A DNA stretch of 64,000 nt, from the NCBI GenBank assembly GCA_049325535.1, contig JBMOKY010000001.1, positions 422,611 through 486,610 on the forward strand, given 5' to 3'. A program made the translations under genes and the position numbers. Origin of the DNA: Patescibacteria group bacterium. GTDB taxonomy: Bacteria; Patescibacteriota; Patescibacteriia; UBA10025; JAHIVO01. The notes beneath the pieces are model-generated. The model was given only the letters and a program-made list of their open reading frames with translations. It was not told the DNA's origin and ran no database searches. This document shows, piece after piece, positions 27,107-36,674 of this stretch. The stretch's first letter is position 1. Every line of letters begins with the position of its first letter.

Positions 27107-28922
27107 CATGAAGCACATCAGAAATTTCTGCATCATCGCCCATATCGACCACGGCAAATCAACGCTCGCTGACCGGTTGCTTGAAATCACCCATACGGTG
27201 GAACGGCGGGATATGAAAGATCAAATGCTGGATCAGATGGAGCTCGAGCGCGAACGTGGTATCACTATAAAACTTCAACCGGTCCGTATGGAACACCGCG
27301 GGTATATTCTGAATCTGATTGATACTCCCGGACATGTCGATTTCACGTATGAGGTATCCCGGTCATTAGCCGCTGTGGAAGGCGCCATTTTGCTGGTTGA
27401 TGCAACCCAGGGTATCGAAGCGCAGACGCTGGCCAATCTGTATTTAGCTATGGAACAGAATCTGACGATCATCCCGGTGATCAATAAAATAGATTTACCA
27501 AACGCGAATGTGGAGCAGGTGACTGCCGACGTCATTACATTGCTTGGTTGCGCTGCTGAGGACGTCATCGCTGTTTCTGCCAAAACGGGACAGAATGTCG
27601 AAGCGATTTTGGAGGCAGTGGTTGATCGAGTGCCAGCACCCACCGGAGACATCGGTGCGCCTATGCAGATGCTCATATTTGATTCATTTTATGATGAGTA
27701 TCGTGGCGTGGTAGTGTATGGTCGGCTGTTCAATGGGTCTATCAAAAAAGGAGACACGGTGCGAATGATGGCCACCCAGGTGGCTTCGGTAGCTGAGGAC
27801 ATCGGTATTTTCAAACCGAAGCTGTCACCTCGCCCGTCACTGCAGGCAGGCGAGATCGGATATATCGTCACCGGTCTGAAGGATGTCCAGCATAGTCGCG
27901 TCGGCGATACGGTGACGCTCGAGTCCAGACCGGCAGCGGAGGCTGTCCCTGGATATCGCATACTCAAACCTATGGTATTTGCTGGCATATATAGCAAAGA
28001 GGGGGATGCATATGAGGAGCTTCGTGAGGCCATCAGCCGCATCGCTCTGACTGACGCTTCGCTGGCTTATGAACCGGATCATTCTGAAGCGCTCGGGTTT
28101 GGCTTCCGCTGTGGATTCCTGGGCATGCTCCACCTCGAGATTTTCCAGGAGCGTATTCACAGGGAGTATGACGTCGATATCGTGGTTACCGCACCCAGCG
28201 TGGCGTATCACGTCACCCTGTCCGAAGCTGGGATGCACGCCATGCGACGGCGCGATAAACGTTTTCAGGAACAGACGATCGTGGTGACCAATCCCCATGA
28301 ACTACCGGAACCGCCGCACATTGATCGTATCGAAGAGCCGTGGATGACCGTAGACATCGTTTCGCCCAGTGAATACATAGGCAGTATCATGACGATGGTC
28401 CACGATGAGCGGGGGGTGTATCGTACGACGGAGTACCTGGATGCGCAAAAAGCGATACTACACTATGAGGTGCCATTGGCTAGTCTGCTGGTGGAATTTT
28501 ATGATACACTGAAGAGCATCAGTGCCGGATATGCTTCGTTAAATTATGATTTTCTGTCATATCGCCCCTGTGTGGTTCAGCGCATGGACATCGTAGTCGC
28601 CGATGATCCAGTCGAGGCTTTGGCTACGATTGTCTATCAGGACGACGCCTATCGTATCGGTCGGACCGTTGTGGATAATCTGAAAGAAGTTCTGCCTCGG
28701 CAAATGTTTGAGGTAAAGATCCAGGCGGCTATCGGGGGAAAAGTTATCGCCGCCAGCCGATTGCCCGCCATGCGCAAAGACGTCACGGCAAAACTATACG
28801 GAGGAGATGTCACCCGCAAACGGAAATTGCTGGAAAAGCAAAAGAAGGGCAAACGGCGGATGCGTGCCATGGGCAAAGTCGATATTCCGCCGGAAGCGTA
28901 TCGGGCTGTGCTAAAACGCTGA
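27099..28922 (+). CDS. lepA: Translation elongation factor 4 (LepA)
   Basis: IRNFCIIAHIDHGKSTLADR, DTPGHVDF, NKID, GFRCGFLGMLH, RKDVTAKLYGGDVTRKRKLLEKQK. The start is at 27099 or 27108. Confidence 0.98.
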   Translation: MTSMKHIRNFCIIAHIDHGKSTLADRLLEITHTVERRDMKDQMLDQMELERERGITIKLQPVRMEHRGYILNLIDTPGHVDFTYEVSRSLAAVEGAILLVDATQGIEAQTLANLYLAMEQNLTIIPVINKIDLPNANVEQVTADVITLLGCAAEDVIAVSAKTGQNVEAILEAVVDRVPAPTGDIGAPMQMLIFDSFYDEYRGVVVYGRLFNGSIKKGDTVRMMATQVASVAEDIGIFKPKLSPRPSLQAGEIGYIVTGLKDVQHSRVGDTVTLESRPAAEAVPGYRILKPMVFAGIYSKEGDAYEELREAISRIALTDASLAYEPDHSEALGFGFRCGFLGMLHLEIFQERIHREYDVDIVVTAPSVAYHVTLSEAGMHAMRRRDKRFQEQTIVVTNPHELPEPPHIDRIEEPWMTVDIVSPSEYIGSIMTMVHDERGVYRTTEYLDAQKAILHYEVPLASLLVEFYDTLKSISAGYASLNYDFLSYRPCVVQRMDIVVADDPVEALATIVYQDDAYRIGRTVVDNLKEVLPRQMFEVKIQAAIGGKVIAASRLPAMRKDVTAKLYGGDVTRKRKLLEKQKKGKRRMRAMGKVDIPPEAYRAVLKR

Positions 28923-29024
28923 AGTTCCAGTAAACGCTGGGAGCACCGAAAAAAACACCATGCTGAGAACTCCAAAAATGACGATGATGAGCCAGATGAC
29001 CCGGATTGTTTTCTTGCGTATCAT
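28911..29024 (-). CDS. 37-aa single-TM small protein (MIRKKTIRVIWLIIVIFGVLSMVFFSVLPAFTGTSAF)
   Basis: Hand-translated. Basic N-terminus plus one TM helix; fills the gap between lepA and the next gene. Confidence 0.6.
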   Translation of the reverse strand: MIRKKTIRVIWLIIVIFGVLSMVFFSVLPAFTGTSAF

Positions 29025-29038
29025 ATTAAGAATATCCT

Positions 29039-29572
29039 ATGTTTGAACGACGGATTCAAAAAATGCTTAAGGCCGAGGAAGTGGTCGTGCTCATAGTCCG
29101 TAAATATCCGCTGGTGTTTTTTGGTTCTACAGTCATGGCCGCGGTATTCATTATAGCACCTTTTTTCTTTATGGTGCCACTGCTGCGCTGGGGATTGCCG
29201 GGAGTGGTCATATTTGGCACGGGGCTGGGAATTGGGCTGGTACTTGCATTGCGGGTAGTGTATCTGTACACATTTAATGCGTTTATTATCACTGAGGACC
29301 GTATCATAGATTTGGATCAGCGGGGATTTTTTGATCGGACGGTCTCGGAGACTACTTATGATAAAATCCAGGATGTCAGCGTCCGGATCAAAGGCATGTG
29401 CCAAACGATCCTGCACTACGGCAGCGTCATCATACAAACGGCCGGCAGTCAGGCTAATATTGAATTGCACGGGGTCAAGGATCCAGAGCAGGTGCAGCAG
29501 AGCATCATTACCGTGCAGCGGGAATTACGAACCGCGCCATCGGAAACTGATAATAATAGTGATGAACCCTAA
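29039..29572 (+). CDS. Membrane protein with bacterial PH domain
   Basis: Two TM helices, then IITEDRIIDLDQRGFF..KIQDV..YGSVIIQTAG. Confidence 0.85.
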   Translation: MFERRIQKMLKAEEVVVLIVRKYPLVFFGSTVMAAVFIIAPFFFMVPLLRWGLPGVVIFGTGLGIGLVLALRVVYLYTFNAFIITEDRIIDLDQRGFFDRTVSETTYDKIQDVSVRIKGMCQTILHYGSVIIQTAGSQANIELHGVKDPEQVQQSIITVQRELRTAPSETDNNSDEP

Positions 29573-29577
29573 TCGCC

Positions 29578-30345
29578 ATGCTCTACCTGTTTAATCGCTT
29601 TTTACCGTATTTTAGCTCAATTCTTTTGGGCTCGACGTTTGCTATCTGGACATTCCATCCGGAGTGGATTGTCTGGGTTGGCGTGGTCGTTTTCTGTATC
29701 ATCGTACTTTCCGTGTGGTCGCTCACCAGTGAATCGGGCTTGCGTCATACTTTTTGGCAGTTTGTTTGGACGCCACTGGTGTTTATTGGTAGTGGTTTCT
29801 TTTTTTATCTATTTATTGATGATCCGTTGGTACGATGGTTTTTTATCGGTGGTCTACTGACTGTATATATGCTGATATTGAAAAATATTTTTTCTTTTAT
29901 CCACCACGCTGAGCAGTACCAGCCATATGCGCTGGAAAATATTTATGGCTATGTCAATATGCTCTCGCTTTTTTTATTTACCGCGAGTGCGTACGGCGCG
30001 AGCGTGCTGCTTGGTTGGACTTTTTGGCCACTGGCGCTGGCAATTGGTGTGCTTGCTTCTTTCCTGTATATGCGGACACTGTGGTCGCATAAAATTCCCT
30101 GGGAGCACGGGAAACTGTTTATCATGGTACTTGGCATTGTGACGGCGGAAATGGCTTATATCGTCAGCCTACTTCCCACCGCTTTTGTGGTGAATGCGCT
30201 ACTGCTGGTATCGGTGTATTATGTACTGATGAATACCACTAAGGATTACCTCAAAGCTACCCTCAATCCGCGGTCTGTCCGCACGTATGTGCTGATTAGT
30301 GCCGCGACGGTAGTGATAGCGTTATTAACAACTAAATGGATCTAG
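29578..30345 (+). CDS. Polytopic membrane protein (DUF5656-like)
   Basis: About 8 hydrophobic segments; E...LP motif near the C-terminus; ends TTKWI. Confidence 0.7.
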   Translation: MLYLFNRFLPYFSSILLGSTFAIWTFHPEWIVWVGVVVFCIIVLSVWSLTSESGLRHTFWQFVWTPLVFIGSGFFFYLFIDDPLVRWFFIGGLLTVYMLILKNIFSFIHHAEQYQPYALENIYGYVNMLSLFLFTASAYGASVLLGWTFWPLALAIGVLASFLYMRTLWSHKIPWEHGKLFIMVLGIVTAEMAYIVSLLPTAFVVNALLLVSVYYVLMNTTKDYLKATLNPRSVRTYVLISAATVVIALLTTKWI

Positions 30346-31592
30346 ACATGAAACCAAAAATTACCCCGACATCGCCCAAAGTACAGACTGACGATACAGA
30401 TCAGATAGAAAAATTATACGATGGTACTCTAAAAACCATAGACAAACCGCAGTCCAAGGCGCGTTTTTCAATCAGTTGGTTGCTTATCGTCATCATTATC
30501 GGGTTTTTTGCCGGCATCGTTGGTCAGCTGGCCCTGCTCTCATTCGGTGATCGGATTCCGTGGCTGGAAAAATTTGGCCTGACCAGTGGTTCTGAAACCT
30601 CGGTGATACTGACCTCTCGTAACAAAGATAGGATTTTGACCGCAGCACAGGTGGAATCAATTGCAGAGGATTTATCACAGAGCGTGGTCCGTTTTTACCC
30701 GCGTCACGATGAAACGACCGGGCTCGATGCGCAGTATCTCCCCAGTGAAAAGGTGGCGGAGGGGTTTGTGCTGACCGATGATGGATATGTGGCAATATTG
30801 GCTGACGCGCTGCCTGAAGGGGGGGATTATGTCGCCATCACTGACGATGGAGATATATATGCGGTTGAGCGCATCGTCCGCGATCCAGCCACGGTTTATG
30901 CTTTTGTCCAAATTGGAGCCACGGGTCTGACCACGGTAGGATTTTCCGACGCGGTAAATATTCGCAACACCGAGGAAATACTGGCCATCCAGTCGCTGCA
31001 CGATGGGGTACACCAGATAGCGCGTACACCCATTATTGCCACTGACTATTACCCGATGAATCAGTCGAACGATTTTGTTATGAGTTCAGAACAGTACGAT
31101 TCACTAGTCCTTTTTGGTCAGGATCTCGACCCTCGGTTTGTCGGGAGCGTTGCCTTCACGTTTGATAAAAAAGCACTCGGAATCATCACTCGGGTGGGGG
31201 GTGAGCATGTGATAGAGCCGTTTGAGCGGATCACAGAAGTCATGAGTGACGTATTTTCCGGCGCGGCAGTTGAGCGCCCGTATCTCGGCGTGCGCTATGT
31301 GGAACTCGATCAACTGCATGCACCGATCACCGATGCCATCCCGCTGGAGCAGCAGGGGAACTATATATACACCACTGAGGACGTCTCCGGGGTGGTAGCC
31401 GATAGTCCGGCTAGTGCCGCAGGTTTGCAGAATGGAGATATCATCACCGAGGTGGACGGTCAGCCTATCGGTGCACAATTGTCTATCGCTGATGTAGTAC
31501 TGGCGCATGCGGCTGGCGATACATTGACATTGACCATAGTCCGAAATGGAGAATCACAAAAAACAAATGTTACCCTGGCCACCCTTCCCTAA
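30336..31592 (+). CDS. HtrA/DegP-like membrane protein with PDZ domain, catalytic residues apparently lost
   Basis: TM anchor, GFVLTDDGY, RPYLGVRY and SPASAAGLQNGDII PDZ; no TNxH or GNSGG motif. Confidence 0.8.
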   Translation: MDLDMKPKITPTSPKVQTDDTDQIEKLYDGTLKTIDKPQSKARFSISWLLIVIIIGFFAGIVGQLALLSFGDRIPWLEKFGLTSGSETSVILTSRNKDRILTAAQVESIAEDLSQSVVRFYPRHDETTGLDAQYLPSEKVAEGFVLTDDGYVAILADALPEGGDYVAITDDGDIYAVERIVRDPATVYAFVQIGATGLTTVGFSDAVNIRNTEEILAIQSLHDGVHQIARTPIIATDYYPMNQSNDFVMSSEQYDSLVLFGQDLDPRFVGSVAFTFDKKALGIITRVGGEHVIEPFERITEVMSDVFSGAAVERPYLGVRYVELDQLHAPITDAIPLEQQGNYIYTTEDVSGVVADSPASAAGLQNGDIITEVDGQPIGAQLSIADVVLAHAAGDTLTLTIVRNGESQKTNVTLATLP

Positions 31593-31593
31593 C

Positions 31594-33486
31594 ATGCGCG
31601 GCACATTGTGGATTTTTGGGATCAGCACCGCCTGCGCACTGGCTGGGGTCATAGCGATGACATCCGAGCCAGCCGCGGCAGTTGCATCCGAGTCTCGTAG
31701 TATTGTGGTGCAGCTTCGCGGTCGCGATACCGTGTCCGCTATACCGATCGGCAGTGCGGAAAACGTGGGAGCGCTCTTATCACGCCTGGCTGATGATCCG
31801 CGGATAGAGCATGCGCAGCTGAATCATGATTACCAGGCGGTTGCCACGCCCAATGACCCACTGCGCAGCTCTCAGACATATCTGCCCGTCATGCACGCGC
31901 AGCGGGCCTGGGACACCGCCACTGGTTCGAAATCAGTAACTGTGGCTATTCTGGATACTGGCATGGATATTGACCACCCTGATTTTTCCGGCAATCTTTG
32001 GACGAATACCGGTGAAATAGCGGCAAACGGCGTCGATGATGATCGAAATGGATATATCGATGATCGGAACGGCTGGAATATAGTTGATAATACGAGCGAT
32101 CCAAACCCCCAGTATGATGCCGGATGGACCGAATCGGGCATTCATCATGGTACCGCTATTGCCGGCGTCATCGGAGCGCGGGGTAATAACGCCCAGGGGA
32201 TCACTGGAATCAACTGGCGGGTGAACACGATGCCCGTACGCGTTCTGAAGAGCACTGGTGCGGGAAATACCCGGGATGTATACAATGGCATCCGCTATGC
32301 TATGCGCAATGGCGCCGATTTCATCAATCTGAGCTTTGTCGGCACCAATGAAGATGCGCTCCTGGCGCGGGTGATCAAGGAAGCAACCGAGGCGGGAATC
32401 ATCGTGTTTGCAGCGGCGGGCAATGATAATCTTAATTTAAACGTACATCCGCGCTATCCGGTATGTACCGCGTATGTTGTCGGTGTCGGGGGTACTGACC
32501 TCAATGATCGTCGGTTTACCGTCATGAACGGTTCGACGATAACGGGCGGTTCGAATTATGGAAGCAATTGCATTGATCTGGTCGCGCCAGCAAAAAATAT
32601 TTACACCACTGCTGTGTATGATCCACTCGTGTCACATCCGGTTTCAGGAGCTTTCCTCGATGAATATTATGGCGGGGGCTGGACTGGTACTTCATTAGCA
32701 AGCCCGATGGTGGCCGGGGCAGCTGCGCTGATAAAATCATATAATGCGTCTTTGACAGGCCTGCAGATTACCCAGTTGCTCAAACAGAGTGCGGTTAATA
32801 TCGACGGATTGAATCCAAGTGTGGCTGGCCACCTCGGTGCGGGGCGGGTCGATTTAGCTGCGCTGATGGCTACCCAGCTTCCCACGGCGCACGCACTCAT
32901 CACCGGTGCCGGGAATACCGGCGCGCCGCACGTACGTGTACTGAACACCTCCGGGACAGTTCAGTCCCAGTTTTTCGCGTATGCTTCGACTTTTCGTGGT
33001 GGGGTGTATGTAGCCTCAGGTGATGTGACTGGCGATGGCCAGCCGGATATCATCACCGGTGCCGGGAATACCGGCGCGCCGCACGTACGTGTACTGAACG
33101 CCTCCGGGACAGTTCAGTCCCAGTTTTTCGCGTATGCTTCGACTTTTCGTGGTGGGGTGTATGTAGCCTCAGGTGATGTGGACGGTGACGGCATCGATGA
33201 GATTATTACCGGCGCTGGTGTGGGTGGCGGACCTCACGTGCGCATCTTTGACTACCACGGCACGGTCAAAGACCAATTCTTTGCCTACGCCACGGAATTT
33301 CGTGGTGGGGTACAGGTAGCCGCAGGTGATGTGGACGGTGACGGCATCGATGAGATTATTACCGGCGCTGGGAACACTGGGGCACCGCACGTACGTATTC
33401 TGACGGCTTCCGGTGCCGTACAGTCTCAGTTTTTTGCTTATACGTCCACATTTCGTGGAGGTGTACATGTAGCAGTAATGCAATAG
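31594..33486 (+). CDS. Secreted S8 subtilisin-like serine peptidase with C-terminal FG-GAP-like repeats
   Basis: ILDTG, HHGTAIAG, AAAGN and GTSLASP; repeats of ITGAG..G.PHVR..FFAY..FRGGV.VA.GDV.GDG. Confidence 0.93.
   Translation: MRGTLWIFGISTACALAGVIAMTSEPAAAVASESRSIVVQLRGRDTVSAIPIGSAENVGALLSRLADDPRIEHAQLNHDYQAVATPNDPLRSSQTYLPVMHAQRAWDTATGSKSVTVAILDTGMDIDHPDFSGNLWTNTGEIAANGVDDDRNGYIDDRNGWNIVDNTSDPNPQYDAGWTESGIHHGTAIAGVIGARGNNAQGITGINWRVNTMPVRVLKSTGAGNTRDVYNGIRYAMRNGADFINLSFVGTNEDALLARVIKEATEAGIIVFAAAGNDNLNLNVHPRYPVCTAYVVGVGGTDLNDRRFTVMNGSTITGGSNYGSNCIDLVAPAKNIYTTAVYDPLVSHPVSGAFLDEYYGGGWTGTSLASPMVAGAAALIKSYNASLTGLQITQLLKQSAVNIDGLNPSVAGHLGAGRVDLAALMATQLPTAHALITGAGNTGAPHVRVLNTSGTVQSQFFAYASTFRGGVYVASGDVTGDGQPDIITGAGNTGAPHVRVLNASGTVQSQFFAYASTFRGGVYVASGDVDGDGIDEIITGAGVGGGPHVRIFDYHGTVKDQFFAYATEFRGGVQVAAGDVDGDGIDEIITGAGNTGAPHVRILTASGAVQSQFFAYTSTFRGGVHVAVMQ
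32898..33480 (+). repeat. Intragenic 153-bp-period tandem repeats (about 4 units)
   Basis: 32898-33027 and 33051-33180 differ at one position; 33170-33218 is identical to 33323-33371. Confidence 0.9.
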
Positions 33487-33490
33487 GTAT

Positions 33491-33931
33491 ATGTGGAACC
33501 GCTTACATCCAATCATCCAGCAGCGACCGGGAATTTTTCAATTTGCAAAATTTGCAGTGGTTGGCGTAGTTGGCACGTGCGTTGATTTCGGTGTGTACGC
33601 GCTGCTGACACGCGTTTTCGGATTGTATTATATTGCCGCCACAGCTATCAGTGTATTGCTGGCTATCGTCAATAACTTTCTTCTGAATAAACACTGGACA
33701 TTTGACAAAGGTGATAGTGGAAATGCACGATCAGAATCGGGAAAGTTTTTTGTAGTGAGTGTGATCAATTATTTTTTGAATCTCGGCATTGTGTATTTCA
33801 TCGTCGAGCACACGGCAGCACATCAGTTATTTGGCGCTAACGATGATCTATTTGCCAAGATGGTTGCTATCGGTATTGTTTTGTTTAGTAATTTTTTTGG
33901 CAATAAATACTGGACATTTCGCGATGCCTAG
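33491..33931 (+). CDS. GtrA-family lipid-linked sugar translocase
   Basis: QFAKFAVVG..VDF, NNFLLNKHWTF, NFFGNKYWTF. Confidence 0.92.
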   Translation: MWNRLHPIIQQRPGIFQFAKFAVVGVVGTCVDFGVYALLTRVFGLYYIAATAISVLLAIVNNFLLNKHWTFDKGDSGNARSESGKFFVVSVINYFLNLGIVYFIVEHTAAHQLFGANDDLFAKMVAIGIVLFSNFFGNKYWTFRDA

Positions 33932-33960
33932 GGGTCGCAGAAACCCCATCATTCCATAAC

Positions 33961-33989
33961 TTGCCAAAATGAGCTTTTTTCGTTATAAT
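33961..33989 (+). promoter_or_regulatory. Promoter of the plus-strand glycan operon
   Basis: TTGCCA, 17 nt, TATAAT, 11 nt before ATG 34001. Confidence 0.75.
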
Positions 33990-34000
33990 AATTTTTGAAT

Positions 34001-34711
34001 ATGCTCTTATCAATTATTGTTCCGGCATACAACGAAGAGAAGCGAATAGGCGAAATGTTAGCCACGTACTGGGATTACTTCAAATCGCAGGACGTTGAAT
34101 TTGTCATCGTGGTTAATGGCTCTACAGATAATACCATTGGCATAACGACTGCATTTGCTGCCGCCCATCCCGAGCGGGTACAGCAATATGACATCAAGGA
34201 AAAAATTGGCAAGGGTGGGGCGCTCCATCTGGGGTATCGTCAGGCGCGGGGCGAGTGGATTGGCTTTGTCGATGCTGACCTTGCTACGGTACCGGGTGAA
34301 TTTCAGAAGGTTATATCTGTCGCTCTGGAACATGATGGCGCCATCGCATCGCGCTGGAAGCGAGGCTCGGAAATAGTCAACCGCAGTATTATGCGCAATA
34401 TCGCCAGTATGGGATTTCGGGTGATGGTGAAGCTGCTTTTCTGGTTCCCGTATGCCGATACCCAGTGTGGCGCAAAAGTATTTCGGCGGGAGGCGATTGT
34501 CTCAGTGGTTCCCCATTTGCGCGTCCAAAATATGGCCACTGACGTTGAGACACTGCATTTCCTGCGTCGGAAGGGTTACGATATCGTTGAAGTGCCGACA
34601 CGCTGGATTCACCGAAGCGGATCTGCTTTTCTCGGATCGCCGGCAAAATTTTTTTTCAGCGCGTTGCGCATCGTAGGCACACTTTTATCAATTCGTTTAC
34701 GTTATCAATAG
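34001..34711 (+). CDS. GT2 polyprenol-phosphate glycosyltransferase (Alg5/DPM-like)
   Basis: SIIVPAYNEE, GKGGA, FVDADL, DTQCGAK. Confidence 0.9.
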   Translation: MLLSIIVPAYNEEKRIGEMLATYWDYFKSQDVEFVIVVNGSTDNTIGITTAFAAAHPERVQQYDIKEKIGKGGALHLGYRQARGEWIGFVDADLATVPGEFQKVISVALEHDGAIASRWKRGSEIVNRSIMRNIASMGFRVMVKLLFWFPYADTQCGAKVFRREAIVSVVPHLRVQNMATDVETLHFLRRKGYDIVEVPTRWIHRSGSAFLGSPAKFFFSALRIVGTLLSIRLRYQ

Positions 34712-34712
34712 T

Positions 34713-35753
34713 ATGACAGCACAAATGAGTGAATCGGAACGAGCCAATATACTCATCATCGGAGGAGCCGGTTTTATCGGATCACACCTCTGTGATGAAT
34801 TAGTCAAAACCTACAATGTCATTTGTATGGATGATTTTTCCACCGGCAGAGTGGAAAATATAAATCATTTACTGCAAGACCCGCATTTTGAATTTTTGAA
34901 GCATGACATCAGCGTCCCCATCAATTTAGTAGAGGCTCATGAATTGGATAAATTTAAGGTGCGTTTCCGCGGAGTGCAGGAGATATACTATTTGGCTTCT
35001 CCGACCGCACCAAAACGATTTAATGAACATCGTATCCAGACGCTGAAGGCGCATAGCCTGGGTGTGGTCAATGCTTTGGAACTAGCGCGGACATATCGAG
35101 CTAAATTTCTGTTTGTATCCTCATCGGTCGTGTATGGCCCGCGTTTTGCCAATGCGCCGCTATACACTGAGGGGTATCTGGGATATGTCAATCCTATCAG
35201 CCCACGCGCTTGCTACGATGAGGGTAAACGATTCGGAGAGAGTGCGGTGACTACGTATCGTGAGGTCTATAATTTGGACACGAAAATCATCCGTGTATTT
35301 CGCACCTACGGACCGCGATTAGCACTTTTTGACGGTCATATGGTGCCTGATTTCGTGTTGCAGGCACTAAACAATAAACCGATGGTACTCTATGGTGACG
35401 AGTCATTTACCACGTCACTGTGTTATGTTTCAGATATTGTCGAAGCGATGATCAAGATGATGCAGTCTCATGAATCCGGGCCGATTAATGTCGGGCACTA
35501 TGAGGAGCACAAGATGACAGATATCGCTCAGATGATTAAGACCATGACCAATTCCCAGTCACGCATCGTGTTTAAACCATCGCTGCTGTTTATGACCCCG
35601 TTGGGATTGCCGGACATTACGCTGGCAAAAGAAAAGCTAGGGTGGTATCCATTGGTGACACTTCAGGATGGATTGCAGCGGACGATCGAATACGTCAAAG
35701 CTAATCAGAATATACTTCAGCCCTTGGTCGGAACGTATGATGAAGAGGAATAA
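34713..35753 (+). CDS. UDP-glucuronate decarboxylase-like NAD-dependent epimerase/dehydratase
   Basis: GGAGFIGSHLC, LASP, RACYDEGKR, TYGPR. Confidence 0.88.
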   Translation: MTAQMSESERANILIIGGAGFIGSHLCDELVKTYNVICMDDFSTGRVENINHLLQDPHFEFLKHDISVPINLVEAHELDKFKVRFRGVQEIYYLASPTAPKRFNEHRIQTLKAHSLGVVNALELARTYRAKFLFVSSSVVYGPRFANAPLYTEGYLGYVNPISPRACYDEGKRFGESAVTTYREVYNLDTKIIRVFRTYGPRLALFDGHMVPDFVLQALNNKPMVLYGDESFTTSLCYVSDIVEAMIKMMQSHESGPINVGHYEEHKMTDIAQMIKTMTNSQSRIVFKPSLLFMTPLGLPDITLAKEKLGWYPLVTLQDGLQRTIEYVKANQNILQPLVGTYDEEE

Positions 35754-35759
35754 GCTATC

Positions 35760-36656
35760 ATGAGTACAATTTTGGTAACTGGCGGAGCAGGATTTATCGG
35801 CTCTCATCTGGTTGACGCACTGGTTAAGCGAAAGCATCGGGTAGTCGTCGTGGACGACCTCAGCGTCGGTAAACGATCCCACGTACATCCTCAGGCTCGT
35901 TTTATAAAATATTCAGTCGCTGGTCAGGCGTTGGCGCGAATGCTGCGCCCCTATCGATTCTCGCATGTGTATCATCTCGCGGCTCAGAAAAATCTTCAGG
36001 TTTCAAAACGCTTTCCGGTAGCCGATGCCACGACTAATATTATCGGCACGTTGCAATGCATTCAGATTGCTGCTCAGAGCCGTGCCAAGCTGATTTTTTA
36101 TTCGACTGCGGCGGTCTACGATCCCAGTGCATCACCCCCCAGTCGGGAGTCGGAATGCGCCGCGCCGGTCACTCCCTATGGCATCGCCAAGTACGCAGCT
36201 GAATTGTATATCCGTCAGAGTGGCCTGCGGTATAGTATCCTCCGATTATCGAATGTGTACGGACCGCGCCAGGATGCCTACGGGGAAGGCGGGGTAGTCG
36301 CTATATTTTCTGACCGGCTGGCACGCGGCAAAATCTGTACGATTTTCAATACCGGCCGCCAGACGAGAGATTTCGTATATGTGACCGACGTGGTGTCCGC
36401 TTCGCTTATGGCTTTATCTCGCGGTACCAATCAGGTGGTGAACATCAGCACGGGAATTGAAACAACGGTTTTAAGGCTGTATCGGGCACTTGAGAAGATT
36501 AGCGGTCGCAATCAGCCGGTACGCCGCGGACAGGTTGTCGAACAGTACCGCAGCGCATTGGGTAATATTCGCGCCCGCACCATCCTGAAGTGGCGCCCAC
36601 GCATAACGATGGAGCAGGGTCTCCGGACAACGTATCAGTGGTTTATTACAAAATAA
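35760..36656 (+). CDS. NAD-dependent nucleotide-sugar 4-epimerase (GalE-like)
   Basis: TGGAGFIGSH, YGIAK, NVYGPRQD..GEGGVV, TRDFVYV. Confidence 0.88.
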   Translation: MSTILVTGGAGFIGSHLVDALVKRKHRVVVVDDLSVGKRSHVHPQARFIKYSVAGQALARMLRPYRFSHVYHLAAQKNLQVSKRFPVADATTNIIGTLQCIQIAAQSRAKLIFYSTAAVYDPSASPPSRESECAAPVTPYGIAKYAAELYIRQSGLRYSILRLSNVYGPRQDAYGEGGVVAIFSDRLARGKICTIFNTGRQTRDFVYVTDVVSASLMALSRGTNQVVNISTGIETTVLRLYRALEKISGRNQPVRRGQVVEQYRSALGNIRARTILKWRPRITMEQGLRTTYQWFITK

Positions 36657-36674
36657 CGATTAATAAAATAAACT

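Noticed and set aside
28670-28678. Second DnaA-box match (TGTGGATAA)
   Set aside because: It lies inside lepA coding sequence and is compatible with chance.
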